Shown: positions 20,489 through 30,922, counted from the first letter of the stretch. The stretch: DNA of 64,000 nucleotides from Patescibacteria group bacterium (GCA_034003985.1 JAVEXP010000001.1:1574-65573); one strand, 5' to 3'. Notes: generated from the letters alone by a model not told the origin. Made by a program: numbers and translations.

Positions 20489-22185
20489 TGGGCAAAAAAG
20501 CATTATTAACAATTTTTTTGCCGCTAATCCTAATTTTTAGTGCTTTGATTTTATCGCAGACCAGCGCCCAAGAGGTGCCGGTTTGTAATCCGGACGGCTG
20601 TAATGGCGTTTGCCCGGCGGGTTGTAGTGCTTCTCAAGATTTTGATTGCAGCGCTCAAGGTTGCTGCGGCGACAACAAGGTTCAGTCGCCCAATGGTGAA
20701 GGTAAATTTGAACAATGTGATGCCGGTTCTGGCGGATCAGAAAGTTGTACTCCGCAGTGTGGTCAAAAATTTTTAGGTTGGGCCTGGGCCGACAATTTTG
20801 GCTGGTTGTCGTTAAATAGTGATAATTGTTTGGATAAGTATTTGGAACCTGATTTTGCGGGAGCTTGCGGGGACAGCATTGATTATTTTGTTCAGGCCGA
20901 TAGCGACAATAATGTTAGGGGTTGGGCTTGGTCGGATTTGATTGGTTGGGTTTGTTTTGGGGTTCAATGCGATTCAAGCCGGATTTGTGAATTTACCCCT
21001 GGCGGGAGTTGTCCGGATAATTTGGGCGATTTAGTGCCGCCGGGCGGTTGGCAGGCGCAGATTATCCCGGATGGCACCAGTAATCCCAAGGTGGTTGGGT
21101 GGGCCAAAGCGGTCAGTCTTGGTGATCAGGGCTGGTTTTCACTAAACTGCGCCAATTCCCCCCAGCATTGTGCTGTTTCAAATTATGCCGCCGGTGTTGC
21201 GGAAGATGATTTCAGCGGGGAAAAACGATTAACCTTGACCGGTTGGGCCTGGAACAGCGCACCGGATGGTTTTGGCTTGGGCTGGCTGAAATTTAATCCC
21301 TCAATCACGACGATTTCGCCTTGGCTTCAGACAAAATATGGCGATATCTATGCCCGGGGAGGTCTAACCAGTAGTGAAGAACCGCCATCATATAATGCCA
21401 CTTACCGGATTTTATCGGGCGGAGCCGTTACTCACTTCTTGTCGGCTCGGGGTAATGAATGGATTGATTCGGAATTTGGTTTTATCAATTTTCCCACCCC
21501 TGCAACCAGATATTCTAATGTTTTAGGAGAAATTGATTTTACCAAATTGATTTGTTTGAGCGATGACGCAAGTCGCTGCACTAACAGCTATGGCTTTCAG
21601 GTTGAAAGAATTGTTGCCGCGGGTGATATTCCGTCGGTTTTGGGTGGTAAAGTTTATTATCGCCAAGGCGATTTAACCATCAACAGCCCGAAGGAATTTC
21701 TCAATGCCGCTGGTTTTACCAATGCCGCTGGCACTATCGTAGTAAACGGCGATTTAATAATCAATGCCAATTTAACTTACGATCCAACCGATCAATTGAC
21801 CAGATTTAGAAATTTGGCTTCGGTGGCTTGGATCGTCAAGGGCGATTTGAAGATATCACCGTTGGTAACCGAGCTAGCCGGTAATTTTATTGTTTTAGGC
21901 AACGGCGATAATAATTGTCTTCAGGATGCCGAAGTTGAACATTGCGGCCAGATTTATACTTGTTACAATTCAACCGATTGTCAGACCAGGTTGACGGTTT
22001 CAGGCTTGATGATGGCTCGAAAGTTTTATCTCAAACGAGAATTTCCAATCAACGATCCGGATGTTACGATCAAGGGTTCGGAAATAATTATTTACGACGG
22101 ACGGTTATTGGCCAATACGCCGCCCGGGCTGGCCGACTTTGCCCAAGCCCTGCCGATTTGGCGTTCTGAAACATTCTCGCTTTAA
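20488..22185 (+). CDS. Secreted Cys-rich protein with GWAW repeats and C-terminal beta-helix-like domain
   Basis: Signal peptide; four GWA(W/K)...GW units; many Cys; TAATG coupling to the upstream gene. Confidence 0.75.
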   Translation: MGKKALLTIFLPLILIFSALILSQTSAQEVPVCNPDGCNGVCPAGCSASQDFDCSAQGCCGDNKVQSPNGEGKFEQCDAGSGGSESCTPQCGQKFLGWAWADNFGWLSLNSDNCLDKYLEPDFAGACGDSIDYFVQADSDNNVRGWAWSDLIGWVCFGVQCDSSRICEFTPGGSCPDNLGDLVPPGGWQAQIIPDGTSNPKVVGWAKAVSLGDQGWFSLNCANSPQHCAVSNYAAGVAEDDFSGEKRLTLTGWAWNSAPDGFGLGWLKFNPSITTISPWLQTKYGDIYARGGLTSSEEPPSYNATYRILSGGAVTHFLSARGNEWIDSEFGFINFPTPATRYSNVLGEIDFTKLICLSDDASRCTNSYGFQVERIVAAGDIPSVLGGKVYYRQGDLTINSPKEFLNAAGFTNAAGTIVVNGDLIINANLTYDPTDQLTRFRNLASVAWIVKGDLKISPLVTELAGNFIVLGNGDNNCLQDAEVEHCGQIYTCYNSTDCQTRLTVSGLMMARKFYLKREFPINDPDVTIKGSEIIIYDGRLLANTPPGLADFAQALPIWRSETFSL

Positions 22186-22223
22186 TTATTGGTCTATGAG
22201 GGTAAACGGAACTATTTATCATT

Positions 22224-23366
22224 ATGGGATTATTTTCTTCACAGCAAAGTTATTTAGGAATAGATTTCGATTCAAATAGCATTAAGTTGGTCGAATTAAA
22301 AAATGAAGCCGGTCGGCCGCGACTGGTGACTTATGGCTATTTTGATCGGGAGGTGTCACCGGAAGCGAATAATCGGACCGATGATTATTCCGAAGATACA
22401 TCTAAATTGATAAAGCAAGTCTGTGCCAAAGCCAGAACTACCACTACCAAGGTGATTACGGCTTTGCCGGCTTATTCGGTTTTTAGTTCCATTTTGAATT
22501 TGCCGGCCTTGGCCCGAAAAGATTTGGCGAATGCCGTTAAATGGGAAGCAAAAAAAGTTATTCCGTTGCCAATTGATGAAATGATATTGGACTGGAAAAT
22601 TTTGGAGAATTTTAATGGCGATAATTTAAAAAAACCCAAGTCGCAAAATGTTGACAATAATGACCTTGAAGACAAAGATTTGGAACCGAAAAAATTTTTG
22701 AAAATATCATCAAAAGCCAAGAAAGAAAATGTTAAGGTATTGTTGACTGCCGCGCCCAAGGATTTGGTAAAGCGCTACATGAACATTTTTCATTCCAGCG
22801 GTCTTAATCTGTTGAGCCTTGATACTGAATCATTCGCTTTAATTCGGTCGTTGGTGGGCAACGATCGATCGGCTTTGATGATTGTCGACATCGGTTCAAT
22901 TGTAACCAATATTTCGGTGGTTGTTAACAATATTCCAATTTTGAACCGCAGCATTGATGTGGGCGGTGTAACCATTACTAAGGCGATTGCCAACAGTCTT
23001 AATGTCAACTTGGCTCGGGCTGAACAATTTAAATATGATATTGGTATGAGCAGCGATCGGGTGGGTCAGGGCAGCGTTCCTAAAACTATTGAGACAACGC
23101 TAAGTCCAATTATTGACGAGCTGCGTTATAGTTTAGAATTGTATCGCAATCAGGGCGCTAAAGATATTGAAAAGATAATTTTGACCGGTGGATCATCGTT
23201 GTTGCTGAATTTGCCCCAGTATCTTTCTAATCTGTTGGGCTTAAGGGTATTTTTGGGCGATCCTTGGGCCAGAATAATTTACCCGGAGGAATTAAAGCCG
23301 GTTTTGGACGAGATCGGTCCAAGATTTGCGGTTGCCGCCGGGTTAGCAATGAGGGATATTGAATAA
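22224..23366 (+). CDS. pilM: Type IV pilus assembly protein PilM
   Basis: LGIDFDSNSIKLVEL, VDIG, ILTGGSS, FAVAAGLAMR actin-like motifs. Confidence 0.93.
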   Translation: MGLFSSQQSYLGIDFDSNSIKLVELKNEAGRPRLVTYGYFDREVSPEANNRTDDYSEDTSKLIKQVCAKARTTTTKVITALPAYSVFSSILNLPALARKDLANAVKWEAKKVIPLPIDEMILDWKILENFNGDNLKKPKSQNVDNNDLEDKDLEPKKFLKISSKAKKENVKVLLTAAPKDLVKRYMNIFHSSGLNLLSLDTESFALIRSLVGNDRSALMIVDIGSIVTNISVVVNNIPILNRSIDVGGVTITKAIANSLNVNLARAEQFKYDIGMSSDRVGQGSVPKTIETTLSPIIDELRYSLELYRNQGAKDIEKIILTGGSSLLLNLPQYLSNLLGLRVFLGDPWARIIYPEELKPVLDEIGPRFAVAAGLAMRDIE

Positions 23367-23374
23367 TAAGGTTT

Positions 23375-24472
23375 ATGCCGGAAATAAATTTGTTACCGAA
23401 TAATTTAAGATCAAAAGAAGAGCGTGAGCGCCAGTCGGCTCAGAAAAAGCCGAGGGATTTTAAAATAGAATTAAGCAATCCCAAATTAGAGAAACCTCAA
23501 ATACCCCTACGAGAGTCAAAGCCGTCCGTTTTGAGCCGGTTGTTTGCTACTAAGCTGGCGGCAATTCCTTCTCAGGACAGAACTAAACCGGAAACCTTGA
23601 TCGAATTAGGGAAACAGGAAAAAAACAGTTCTAATTTTAATGAGCCGGTGGCTCATATTCCAAGAGTTGAGGCCGCTGAACCGGTGAATAATGGAAATAA
23701 ATCCGGTGAACCTGGACGGCCGGTCGACAACGCTTCTGACAAAACTGAAAAATTACCGACGACCGAAGAAGTTAAGATTAGTCAAAAGGCCAAGCCGGCG
23801 AGTGGGGGTGAAAAAAGAAAAAAGTGGTTTCGTTTTTCTCGCGGTCAAAAAAATCATAAAAAAGATGTCAGGAATTTCAGCCGCGACGAGGTATTGGATG
23901 TCAATTTGATTCCGTCGGAATTTGCCAAGTCGCCGGAGCTGGAACTCCCCCGGAAAGTCGGTTTGACGGTGGTGGCTGGGTTTTTGGCATTGTTGCTGGT
24001 AGCAGTCGTGTATTTGGGAATAACTTGGTATCAGTTAAATATTACCAGGCAGTTAGATGAGCTGGAATCGGAAATAATTTCTCTCAATAAACAAATTGTT
24101 CAGGCCGAAATGGGCAAGGCCGATGCCTTGAAGCTACAAAAGCGGCTGGAAATGACCAAGGATTTACTTGATCATCATATTTATTGGACTAATTTTTTTG
24201 AATTATTGGAGCGCTATACTATTGAGGATGTTTATTATTTGGATTTTGCGATGTCCGGCAGAGACAAGTTGGTTATATCGGCTCGAGGTAAGGATTACGA
24301 AGCTGTCGCCAAACAGCTATTAACTTTTCAACAAGCTAAAGATTTTGTTAAGAATGTTAGTATTGATTCGGCCTCAGCCGAAATTGATCCAAAAGAAGGG
24401 AAATATAACGGGGTGAGCTTTAATGTCCATCTGGAGTTTTTCCCCGAAGTTTTTTTGAAATCAATCAATTAA
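23375..24472 (+). CDS. pilN: PilN-like protein with long disordered N-terminal region
   Basis: INLLP at N-terminus and a second VNLIP before the TM helix, coiled coil; follows pilM. Confidence 0.7.
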   Translation: MPEINLLPNNLRSKEERERQSAQKKPRDFKIELSNPKLEKPQIPLRESKPSVLSRLFATKLAAIPSQDRTKPETLIELGKQEKNSSNFNEPVAHIPRVEAAEPVNNGNKSGEPGRPVDNASDKTEKLPTTEEVKISQKAKPASGGEKRKKWFRFSRGQKNHKKDVRNFSRDEVLDVNLIPSEFAKSPELELPRKVGLTVVAGFLALLLVAVVYLGITWYQLNITRQLDELESEIISLNKQIVQAEMGKADALKLQKRLEMTKDLLDHHIYWTNFFELLERYTIEDVYYLDFAMSGRDKLVISARGKDYEAVAKQLLTFQQAKDFVKNVSIDSASAEIDPKEGKYNGVSFNVHLEFFPEVFLKSIN

Positions 24473-24475
24473 TTT

Positions 24476-25096
24476 ATGCCCAAGAATAAGTTGTTAGCTA
24501 AAGACGGTAAAACTCAAACCAATTGGCAATTGAAGTTAGCTTTCGTGCGTTACTATAAGCTAATAATTTTAATTTTAGTCGGTGCAATTTTGGGGCTTGG
24601 TTATTATTTTGTGTTGGAACCTAAATATCAAGAAGTCGGGGTTGGCGGAAGCTATAATGTTGTTACTTTGAAGACCGAATTGGAAAAGCGTCGGGAGTAT
24701 CTCGGTAAATTAAAGGAATTGAATGATAATTTTTCCAGAATTAGTCCCAGTGATATCAGCCGAATAGAACAGATTTTGCCGTCCGACAAGGATGTTGGCG
24801 GACTTTTTGTACAATTTCAAAACATCGCTTTAGAAAACAATTTGTTGCTGGCGGGGATTAGCGTCAACGAAGTTCCACCTGCCAGCACTGATGCCAAGAA
24901 TTCTAATTTAAAAGAACTCAACATTAGTGTCGATTTGGTCAACTTGGGTGCGGCTGGTGACTATCGCGGGTTTAAAGAATTTTTAAAGTCAATCGAAAAC
25001 AATTTGAGAATTTTTGACACCAACGCCGTTTATTTTGATCCCGAATCGCCCAATTATTCAGTCAATATTGTTACCTATTATTATCTCAACAGTTAA
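24476..25096 (+). CDS. pilO: Type IV pilus assembly protein PilO
   Basis: TM + coiled coil, ILP, GDY..FK.FL..IE.NLRI. Confidence 0.8.
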   Translation: MPKNKLLAKDGKTQTNWQLKLAFVRYYKLIILILVGAILGLGYYFVLEPKYQEVGVGGSYNVVTLKTELEKRREYLGKLKELNDNFSRISPSDISRIEQILPSDKDVGGLFVQFQNIALENNLLLAGISVNEVPPASTDAKNSNLKELNISVDLVNLGAAGDYRGFKEFLKSIENNLRIFDTNAVYFDPESPNYSVNIVTYYYLNS

Positions 25097-25099
25097 GCT

Positions 25100-25408
25100 A
25101 TGCTGGTTGCCAAAAAATTAAATGCGACAAAAAAAATAATTTTGACGGTGTTGCTGTTGGCAACTTTGGGATTGGCCGGCTATCTGGTGTATAAGATATT
25201 TTTATCGGAAAGTTTTGCGATTAATAAGCCGATTGTCGTGGATATTGATAAATTGGTAGTGCCAAAAATAAATACCGCAATGCCCAGTGATTTTTTAAAC
25301 CAATCGCCTTATCTTGATTTGAAGGCGCGCAGTTCGCAATTGCCAAGCGGGAGAGTCGGCCGGTCTAATCCGTTCGGCAAGATTCCTTTTGATTTATTAA
25401 CTAATTAA
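25100..25408 (+). CDS. Small membrane protein (PilP position), GRxNPF motif
   Basis: TM helix; VGRSNPF; between pilO and pilB. Confidence 0.6.
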   Translation: MLVAKKLNATKKIILTVLLLATLGLAGYLVYKIFLSESFAINKPIVVDIDKLVVPKINTAMPSDFLNQSPYLDLKARSSQLPSGRVGRSNPFGKIPFDLLTN

Positions 25409-25410
25409 CG

Positions 25411-27141
25411 ATGTATAAAAATCAGGATCAATTGATTCAAGCTTTGGTCGCCCAAGGTCTGATTACCAATCAGGCCGCTTTGGATATTAAAGAAAAAGCC
25501 AAGGCCGCCAATCAGCCACCCGAAGTGATAATGATTAAAGAAAAAATGGTAGCGGCCGATAAGCTGATCGAAGCCAAAGCCAAATTATTGAATATTGAGG
25601 TAGCCGATTTGAAGGATCTAAAAATTGACAAGAAGGTTTTGAATTTAATTCCGAAAGAAGTGGCGGAAAATTACCAGATGATTCCTTTTCAAAAAAATGG
25701 CAATGAGCTTCGGGTTGGGTTGGTCAATCCCCAAGATTTTAAGGCGATTGAAGCAGTGGAATTTTTGGCCCAAAAGGCCGATTTAAAAGTGCGGTATTAC
25801 ATTATTTCGGTTCAAAATTTTAACAAAGGTCTGCGGCAATACCAAGAATTTGATGACGAGGTTAAAAAAGCCTTGGCGGGAATAAGCCACCAAGCGGCGA
25901 TTAGCGGCGAAGGTGATGAATCGACCAAAGAAATGGAAGAGGTGATAAAGACAGCACCGGTTTCCAAAATGGTCTTGGTAATTGTCCGCCATGCGATTGA
26001 CGGTCGGGCATCGGATATCCACATTGAACCGACTTTGAGAGATACCAAGGTGCGTTATCGAATCGACGGCATTCTGCGGACCTCGTTGGTTTTGCCAAGA
26101 TACATTCATTCAGCGATTATTGCTCGGATTAAAGTTTTGGCCAATCTAAAGCTGGACGAGACCAGAAAACCACAAGATGGCCGGATCCGGCTTAATGTCG
26201 AAGGCCGAGATATTGATTTTCGAGTTTCCACCCTGCCATTGACCGAGGGCGAGAAGGTGGTGCTGAGAATTTTGGACACTAACTCTCAGGTACCGTCACT
26301 GGAGCAGCTGGGATTTAATAAAATTCAAATTGAAACCATTAAAGAGGTCATCAGGAAACCCCACGGTTTGGTACTTTTAACTGGTCCAACTGGCTCTGGC
26401 AAAACCACTACGCTGTATACAATTTTGACTATGCTTAATCAGGAGGGGGTTAATATCGTAACCTTGGAGGATCCGATTGAATATTATATTGACGGAGTCA
26501 ATCAGTCCCAAATTAAGCCGGAAATCGGTTACAGCTTTGCATCCGGACTGAGAGCGATTCTGCGTCAAGATCCGAATATTGTAATGCTTGGCGAGATCCG
26601 TGACCAGGAAACTACCGAGCTGGTGGTTCATGCCAGTTTGACAGGTCATCTGATCTTGTCTACTTTACATACTAACAGCGCCATCGGAGCAATTCCCCGA
26701 TTGATTGATTTGGGAGGAGAATCATTTTTACTGTCATCAATTATGAATTTAGTGATTGCTCAACGGTTGGCCAGAAAAATTTGTCCTCATTGTAAAGCCA
26801 AAGTGGAAGTTCCCGAAAAACTTTTAGCAAAAATTAGAAAACAACTTGAAGGGGTGCCGGCTCAGTATTTGGAGGGTGTAGACCTGAACAAGATGGAATT
26901 TTGGCGCGGTGAAGGTTGCGCCCGATGTGGAAACTTGGGCTATCAGGGCCGCATGGCGGTAGCTGAAATAATCAATATCACTCCTGAAATGCGTGATATT
27001 ATCAATCGCGGCGGTGATGCCAATGAAATTAAAAAAAGTTTGGCCACCCAGGATTTTATCAGTTTGACGCAAGACGCTTTGATTAAGGCACTACAAGGTT
27101 TGACGACAGTTGATGAGGTGATTAGGATTTCGCAGGTTTAA
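25411..27141 (+). CDS. pilB: Type IV pilus extension ATPase PilB/GspE
   Basis: ASDIHIEP, GPTGSGKT, LEDPIEY, LRQDPN..GEIRD, TGH..LSTLHTN, tetra-Cys. Confidence 0.95.
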   Translation: MYKNQDQLIQALVAQGLITNQAALDIKEKAKAANQPPEVIMIKEKMVAADKLIEAKAKLLNIEVADLKDLKIDKKVLNLIPKEVAENYQMIPFQKNGNELRVGLVNPQDFKAIEAVEFLAQKADLKVRYYIISVQNFNKGLRQYQEFDDEVKKALAGISHQAAISGEGDESTKEMEEVIKTAPVSKMVLVIVRHAIDGRASDIHIEPTLRDTKVRYRIDGILRTSLVLPRYIHSAIIARIKVLANLKLDETRKPQDGRIRLNVEGRDIDFRVSTLPLTEGEKVVLRILDTNSQVPSLEQLGFNKIQIETIKEVIRKPHGLVLLTGPTGSGKTTTLYTILTMLNQEGVNIVTLEDPIEYYIDGVNQSQIKPEIGYSFASGLRAILRQDPNIVMLGEIRDQETTELVVHASLTGHLILSTLHTNSAIGAIPRLIDLGGESFLLSSIMNLVIAQRLARKICPHCKAKVEVPEKLLAKIRKQLEGVPAQYLEGVDLNKMEFWRGEGCARCGNLGYQGRMAVAEIINITPEMRDIINRGGDANEIKKSLATQDFISLTQDALIKALQGLTTVDEVIRISQV

Positions 27142-27174
27142 TATTTAATCATAAGAAATAATTGATTCAACATT

Positions 27175-27552
27175 ATGTCCGAGAATAAATTAATCTTGTT
27201 GGTTGAAGACGACGAATTTTTGTCGGAATTGTATGCCACCAAGCTGGGGTTGGAGGGATATGAAGTAATTTTGGCTTCTGACGGTGAAAAAGGGTTAAAA
27301 TTAATCAAGGAAAAGCAGCCGGACTTGATTTTGCTCGACATTATTTTGCCCAAGCTGGACGGTTTTGAGATTTTATCCAAAATTAAAGCCGACAAAATTT
27401 TGAAAAAAATTCCGGTGATTTTGTTGACCAATCTCAGCCAAAAAGATGAAGTCAAACGAGGGCTTGATTTGGGAGCAGATGATTATTTGATTAAAGCTCA
27501 TTTTATGCCTTCGGAAGTAGTTAAGAAAATTAAGCAGGTTTTAGCCCAATAA
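27175..27552 (+). CDS. Single-domain response regulator (receiver only)
   Basis: VEDD, LLD phospho-acceptor, LTN, conserved K. Confidence 0.92.
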   Translation: MSENKLILLVEDDEFLSELYATKLGLEGYEVILASDGEKGLKLIKEKQPDLILLDIILPKLDGFEILSKIKADKILKKIPVILLTNLSQKDEVKRGLDLGADDYLIKAHFMPSEVVKKIKQVLAQ

Positions 27553-27562
27553 TTTTAAACTC

Positions 27563-28636
27563 ATGGACAGTTCACTTAATGTTTTTTTGAACAAAGTATT
27601 GATAACTGCCGCTAAGCGCAAGGCTTCAACGGTTCATCTAACCGTTAATTCCTATCCGGCACTGAGAGTGGATGAGGAGCTGGTGGAGTTGAACGAAGAA
27701 TCAATCGTGACCGATTCATTGGTCAATGAGATCGCCAAAGCCTGGTTGACCGAGGAACAAAAGAAAATTTTGGAAGATAAAAAGGAGATCGTTGTCGCCA
27801 AGCAGATGGATAAAAAATTCAGAATGAAAGTCAGTTTCTTCTTTCAGAAAGGTTTTTTGTCGGCGAATATCAGGCTGATACCAGGCAATATTCTGCCATT
27901 GATAAATTTGGGATTGCCCAAATCAGTTTATAGTTTGACTGATCGAAAGTCGGGGTTGATTATCGTGAGCGGACCATACGGTTCGGGTAGAACCACCACC
28001 GTGGCGGCGATGCTGGAAGAAATAAACCAAAACCGGAAAGAAAATATCGTCACCATTGAAAAACCGATTGAATATATCTTTGCCAATAAAAAGAGTTTGG
28101 TTGAACAACGGGAAGTCGGCCGGGATACAAATTCGTTTACTGATGCTTTGAAGTATGTTCAAAATGCGGATATTGATATTATCAGCGTTGGGTTAACCAA
28201 TGAGCTGGAAGCCATTCCGTTAGTTTTGGAATTTGCCAGTTCGGGCCGGTTGGCTTTTTTGACCATGAATACCAATTCAGTGGCTCAGACTATTGAAGAA
28301 ATCTTGGCTTTATTCCCAGCCGATGAGCAGGATCGGGCCAGGCTACTTTTAGCCAAAGCTTTAGCCTCGATTATTGTTCAGCGGTTGGTACCTCGCGCCG
28401 GCGGCGGGTTGGCTGTCGCTACCGAGGTGTTGATTGCCACCGAAGCGGTTCAGTCTTTGATTTCCCAAAATCGGGTCAGACAAATTGAAACAATCCTTCA
28501 AAGTTCCCGTGAGGAGGGAATGATCAGCTTGGATCAGTCTTTGGCCCAGCTGGTAAAATCCGGAGAAGTTTTGATTGATCAGGCGATTGAATATGCCAAT
28601 GATCCAGCCGGTGTTAGAGCCATGGCCAAGGCTTAA
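27563..28636 (+). CDS. PilT/PilU-like ATPase with degenerate catalytic motifs
   Basis: PilT overall layout (QREVGRDT, QRLVP, GMISLDQSL) but altered Walker A/B, Asp and His boxes. Confidence 0.85.
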   Translation: MDSSLNVFLNKVLITAAKRKASTVHLTVNSYPALRVDEELVELNEESIVTDSLVNEIAKAWLTEEQKKILEDKKEIVVAKQMDKKFRMKVSFFFQKGFLSANIRLIPGNILPLINLGLPKSVYSLTDRKSGLIIVSGPYGSGRTTTVAAMLEEINQNRKENIVTIEKPIEYIFANKKSLVEQREVGRDTNSFTDALKYVQNADIDIISVGLTNELEAIPLVLEFASSGRLAFLTMNTNSVAQTIEEILALFPADEQDRARLLLAKALASIIVQRLVPRAGGGLAVATEVLIATEAVQSLISQNRVRQIETILQSSREEGMISLDQSLAQLVKSGEVLIDQAIEYANDPAGVRAMAKA

Positions 28637-28646
28637 TCAGTAATCT

Positions 28647-29852
28647 ATGCCTTATTTTAGATATAAAGCCACCGATGAAAGTGGGCAACAACTAGAAGGG
28701 ATGGTCCAAGGAGCAAGCGCTGATGTGGCCGCTGAAATTTTGGCGGATCGCCAGTTGACCCTGCTGTCTTTAAAAGAAGAACGAATGAGCATCAGCCAGC
28801 GTTCTTTAAAGATTTTGAACCGGGTCAAGGTAAAAGACTTGGTGGTTTTTTCGCGCCAATTGTCAGTCATTGTTTCGGCCACTATTCCCTTGGTTCAAGG
28901 TCTACGGATTTTGGTCAATCAGACTGAAAGTCCGGTTTTAAAGACCGTCATTTCCGAAGTGGCCGATGATGTCGAAGGCGGCGCCAAATTGTCGGCGGCT
29001 TTGGCCAGACACCCTAATGTGTTTGACGGTTTTTTTGTTAATATTATAAAGTCCGGCGAAACTTCTGGTAAACTTGATGAAGTGTTGAATTACTTGGCCG
29101 ATCAAAAGGAAAAGGATTATGATTTGATGTCCAAGATCAGGGGCGCAATGATTTACCCGATTTTTATTGTTGGTGGTTTGGTTGTGGTTGGTGGCTTAAT
29201 GATGATTTTTGTAATTCCGCAGTTGACTTCGGTCTTGAAAGAAACCGGGGTTGACTTACCGTTGTCGACTAAGATTTTGATCGCCGTCAGCGATTTTTTT
29301 GTCAATTTTTGGTGGCTGCTTTTATTGTTTGTTGGTTTTATCGCTGTTTTATTCCGGTTAGCGATTAAGACAAATTCCGGGCGGTGGTACTGGGATTTGT
29401 TAAAATTGCGGCTGCCGATTTTTGGCAAGATGTTCCAAGAAATTATTTTAGTCCGTTTTACCAGGAGTCTTTACACCTTGGTTACCGGCGGTGTGTCTTT
29501 GACTAAAAGTTTAGAGATTGTTTCTGATGTGGTAAGCAATTCCGTCTATCAAGAACTGATTCGGGAAACTGCAAGGGAGGTTGAAGACGGGAATTCCATG
29601 GCCTCGGTTTTTTTACAGAGCAAAGAAGTGCCGCCGATGGTTTCCCAGATGCTTAATTTGGGCGAAAAGACCGGCCGGGTGGATGAAATTTTGGAAAAAC
29701 TGGCGAATTTTTATAGCCGCGAAGTCAGTAATATGGTGGCTAACCTGGTGACTTTGCTGGAGCCTTTGATTATGATGCTTATGGGCGTGGCGGTCGGTGT
29801 TTTAGTTTCGGCAATCATTTTGCCGATGTATAATTTGGCCGCCAGTTTATAA
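28647..29852 (+). CDS. pilC: Type IV pilus platform protein PilC/GspF
   Basis: FSRQL, GETSGKL, AMIYP, GEKTG, LLEP. Confidence 0.95.
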   Translation: MPYFRYKATDESGQQLEGMVQGASADVAAEILADRQLTLLSLKEERMSISQRSLKILNRVKVKDLVVFSRQLSVIVSATIPLVQGLRILVNQTESPVLKTVISEVADDVEGGAKLSAALARHPNVFDGFFVNIIKSGETSGKLDEVLNYLADQKEKDYDLMSKIRGAMIYPIFIVGGLVVVGGLMMIFVIPQLTSVLKETGVDLPLSTKILIAVSDFFVNFWWLLLLFVGFIAVLFRLAIKTNSGRWYWDLLKLRLPIFGKMFQEIILVRFTRSLYTLVTGGVSLTKSLEIVSDVVSNSVYQELIRETAREVEDGNSMASVFLQSKEVPPMVSQMLNLGEKTGRVDEILEKLANFYSREVSNMVANLVTLLEPLIMMLMGVAVGVLVSAIILPMYNLAASL

Positions 29853-29873
29853 ATATTAACAATAGCTTGCTTT

Positions 29874-30296
29874 ATGATTAAAAACAAAAAAAATCAAAAA
29901 GGTTTTACCCTGGTTGAGCTATTGGTGGTTATTGCCATTATCGGAATTTTAGCCAGCATGTCTACGGTATCAGTCAATTTGGCCAGAGTCAGGGCTCGGG
30001 ATGCCAAACGCCAAGCCGATATTTCCCAAATTCAGCTGGCTTTATATTTGTATTTTGACGATAATTTACATTTCCCCGCAGCTGATTTACTGCCGGAAAA
30101 TGCGGTCAGTAATTGGAATTCCGTTTTGGTGCCAGCCCTAAACGGCACGGAGACAACTAAAGTTTATATGGCCTTGGTTCCTGGCGATCCGTTGAATATG
30201 GATCCTCATTTTTACGGCTATAACAGCGACGGTAAGGAATTTATTATCAGTTATTATTTGGAAAACGAAGGTCCTCGGGAGTTGCATGGCTATTAA
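29874..30296 (+). CDS. Type IV pilin-like protein
   Basis: Class III signal KG|FTLVELLVVIAIIG; ARDAKRQADI. Confidence 0.92.
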   Translation: MIKNKKNQKGFTLVELLVVIAIIGILASMSTVSVNLARVRARDAKRQADISQIQLALYLYFDDNLHFPAADLLPENAVSNWNSVLVPALNGTETTKVYMALVPGDPLNMDPHFYGYNSDGKEFIISYYLENEGPRELHGY

Positions 30297-30317
30297 GTTG
30301 TTAAATCTGTATTTTTT

Positions 30318-30326
30318 TGGTATACT
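30318..30326 (+). promoter_or_regulatory. Extended -10 promoter for pilin gene copy 1
   Basis: TGGTATACT; the same TGnTATACT precedes the paralogous pilin at 37017-37025. Confidence 0.5.
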
Positions 30327-30402
30327 ATAGGCAGTTGTTGATAACTTAAAAATAAAATATCCGCGTTTTTACGCGAATCAACCTATGAAAGGAGGTGACA
30401 AA

Positions 30403-30843
30403 ATGAAAAAGAAAGGCTTTACTCTTATTGAACTGTTGGTGGTTATTGCCATCATTGGTTTATTGTCAACTTTAGCAGTCGTGGCTTTGAACTCCGCTCG
30501 AGAAAAAGCCCGGGATGCCAAGCGGGTAGCCGACATTAAGCAAATTCAGACAGCATTGGAATTGTATTACAATGACAACACCGACACCGGTTATCCTGTG
30601 GCTACTGGTACTCTTGGTTCTGGTGATTACGGTTGTTTGGGTACTGGTGGTTGGGAGGCGACTGGCGCAGATTGCGGTTCAAGTCCTTATATGGCTTTGG
30701 TGCCGACCGATCCTCAGGCATCAAGCAATTATGCTTATGAAAGCGCCGGTGGTGAAGAATATGAAATCACCTTTGTCTTGGAAGGTACAACCGGTGGATT
30801 GGATGCCGGGACTCATGTTGCTAGCGAAGCAGGCATTGAATAA
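30403..30843 (+). CDS. Type IV major pilin, copy 1 (start moved to ATG 30403)
   Basis: SD AAAGGAGGTG before ATG; MKKKG|FTLIELLVVIAIIG. Confidence 0.93.
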   Translation: MKKKGFTLIELLVVIAIIGLLSTLAVVALNSAREKARDAKRVADIKQIQTALELYYNDNTDTGYPVATGTLGSGDYGCLGTGGWEATGADCGSSPYMALVPTDPQASSNYAYESAGGEEYEITFVLEGTTGGLDAGTHVASEAGIE

Positions 30844-30854
30844 TTTTCAAATAG

Positions 30855-30900
30855 TTTAATAAAACATCCGGTCCTAATTGGGGCTGGATGTTTTATTAAA
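30855..30900 (+). terminator. Intrinsic terminator after pilin copy 1
   Basis: TTTAATAAAACATCC...GGATGTTTTATTAAA inverted repeat with T tail. Confidence 0.8.
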
Positions 30901-30922
30901 CTAAAAATGATATAATAAAATC

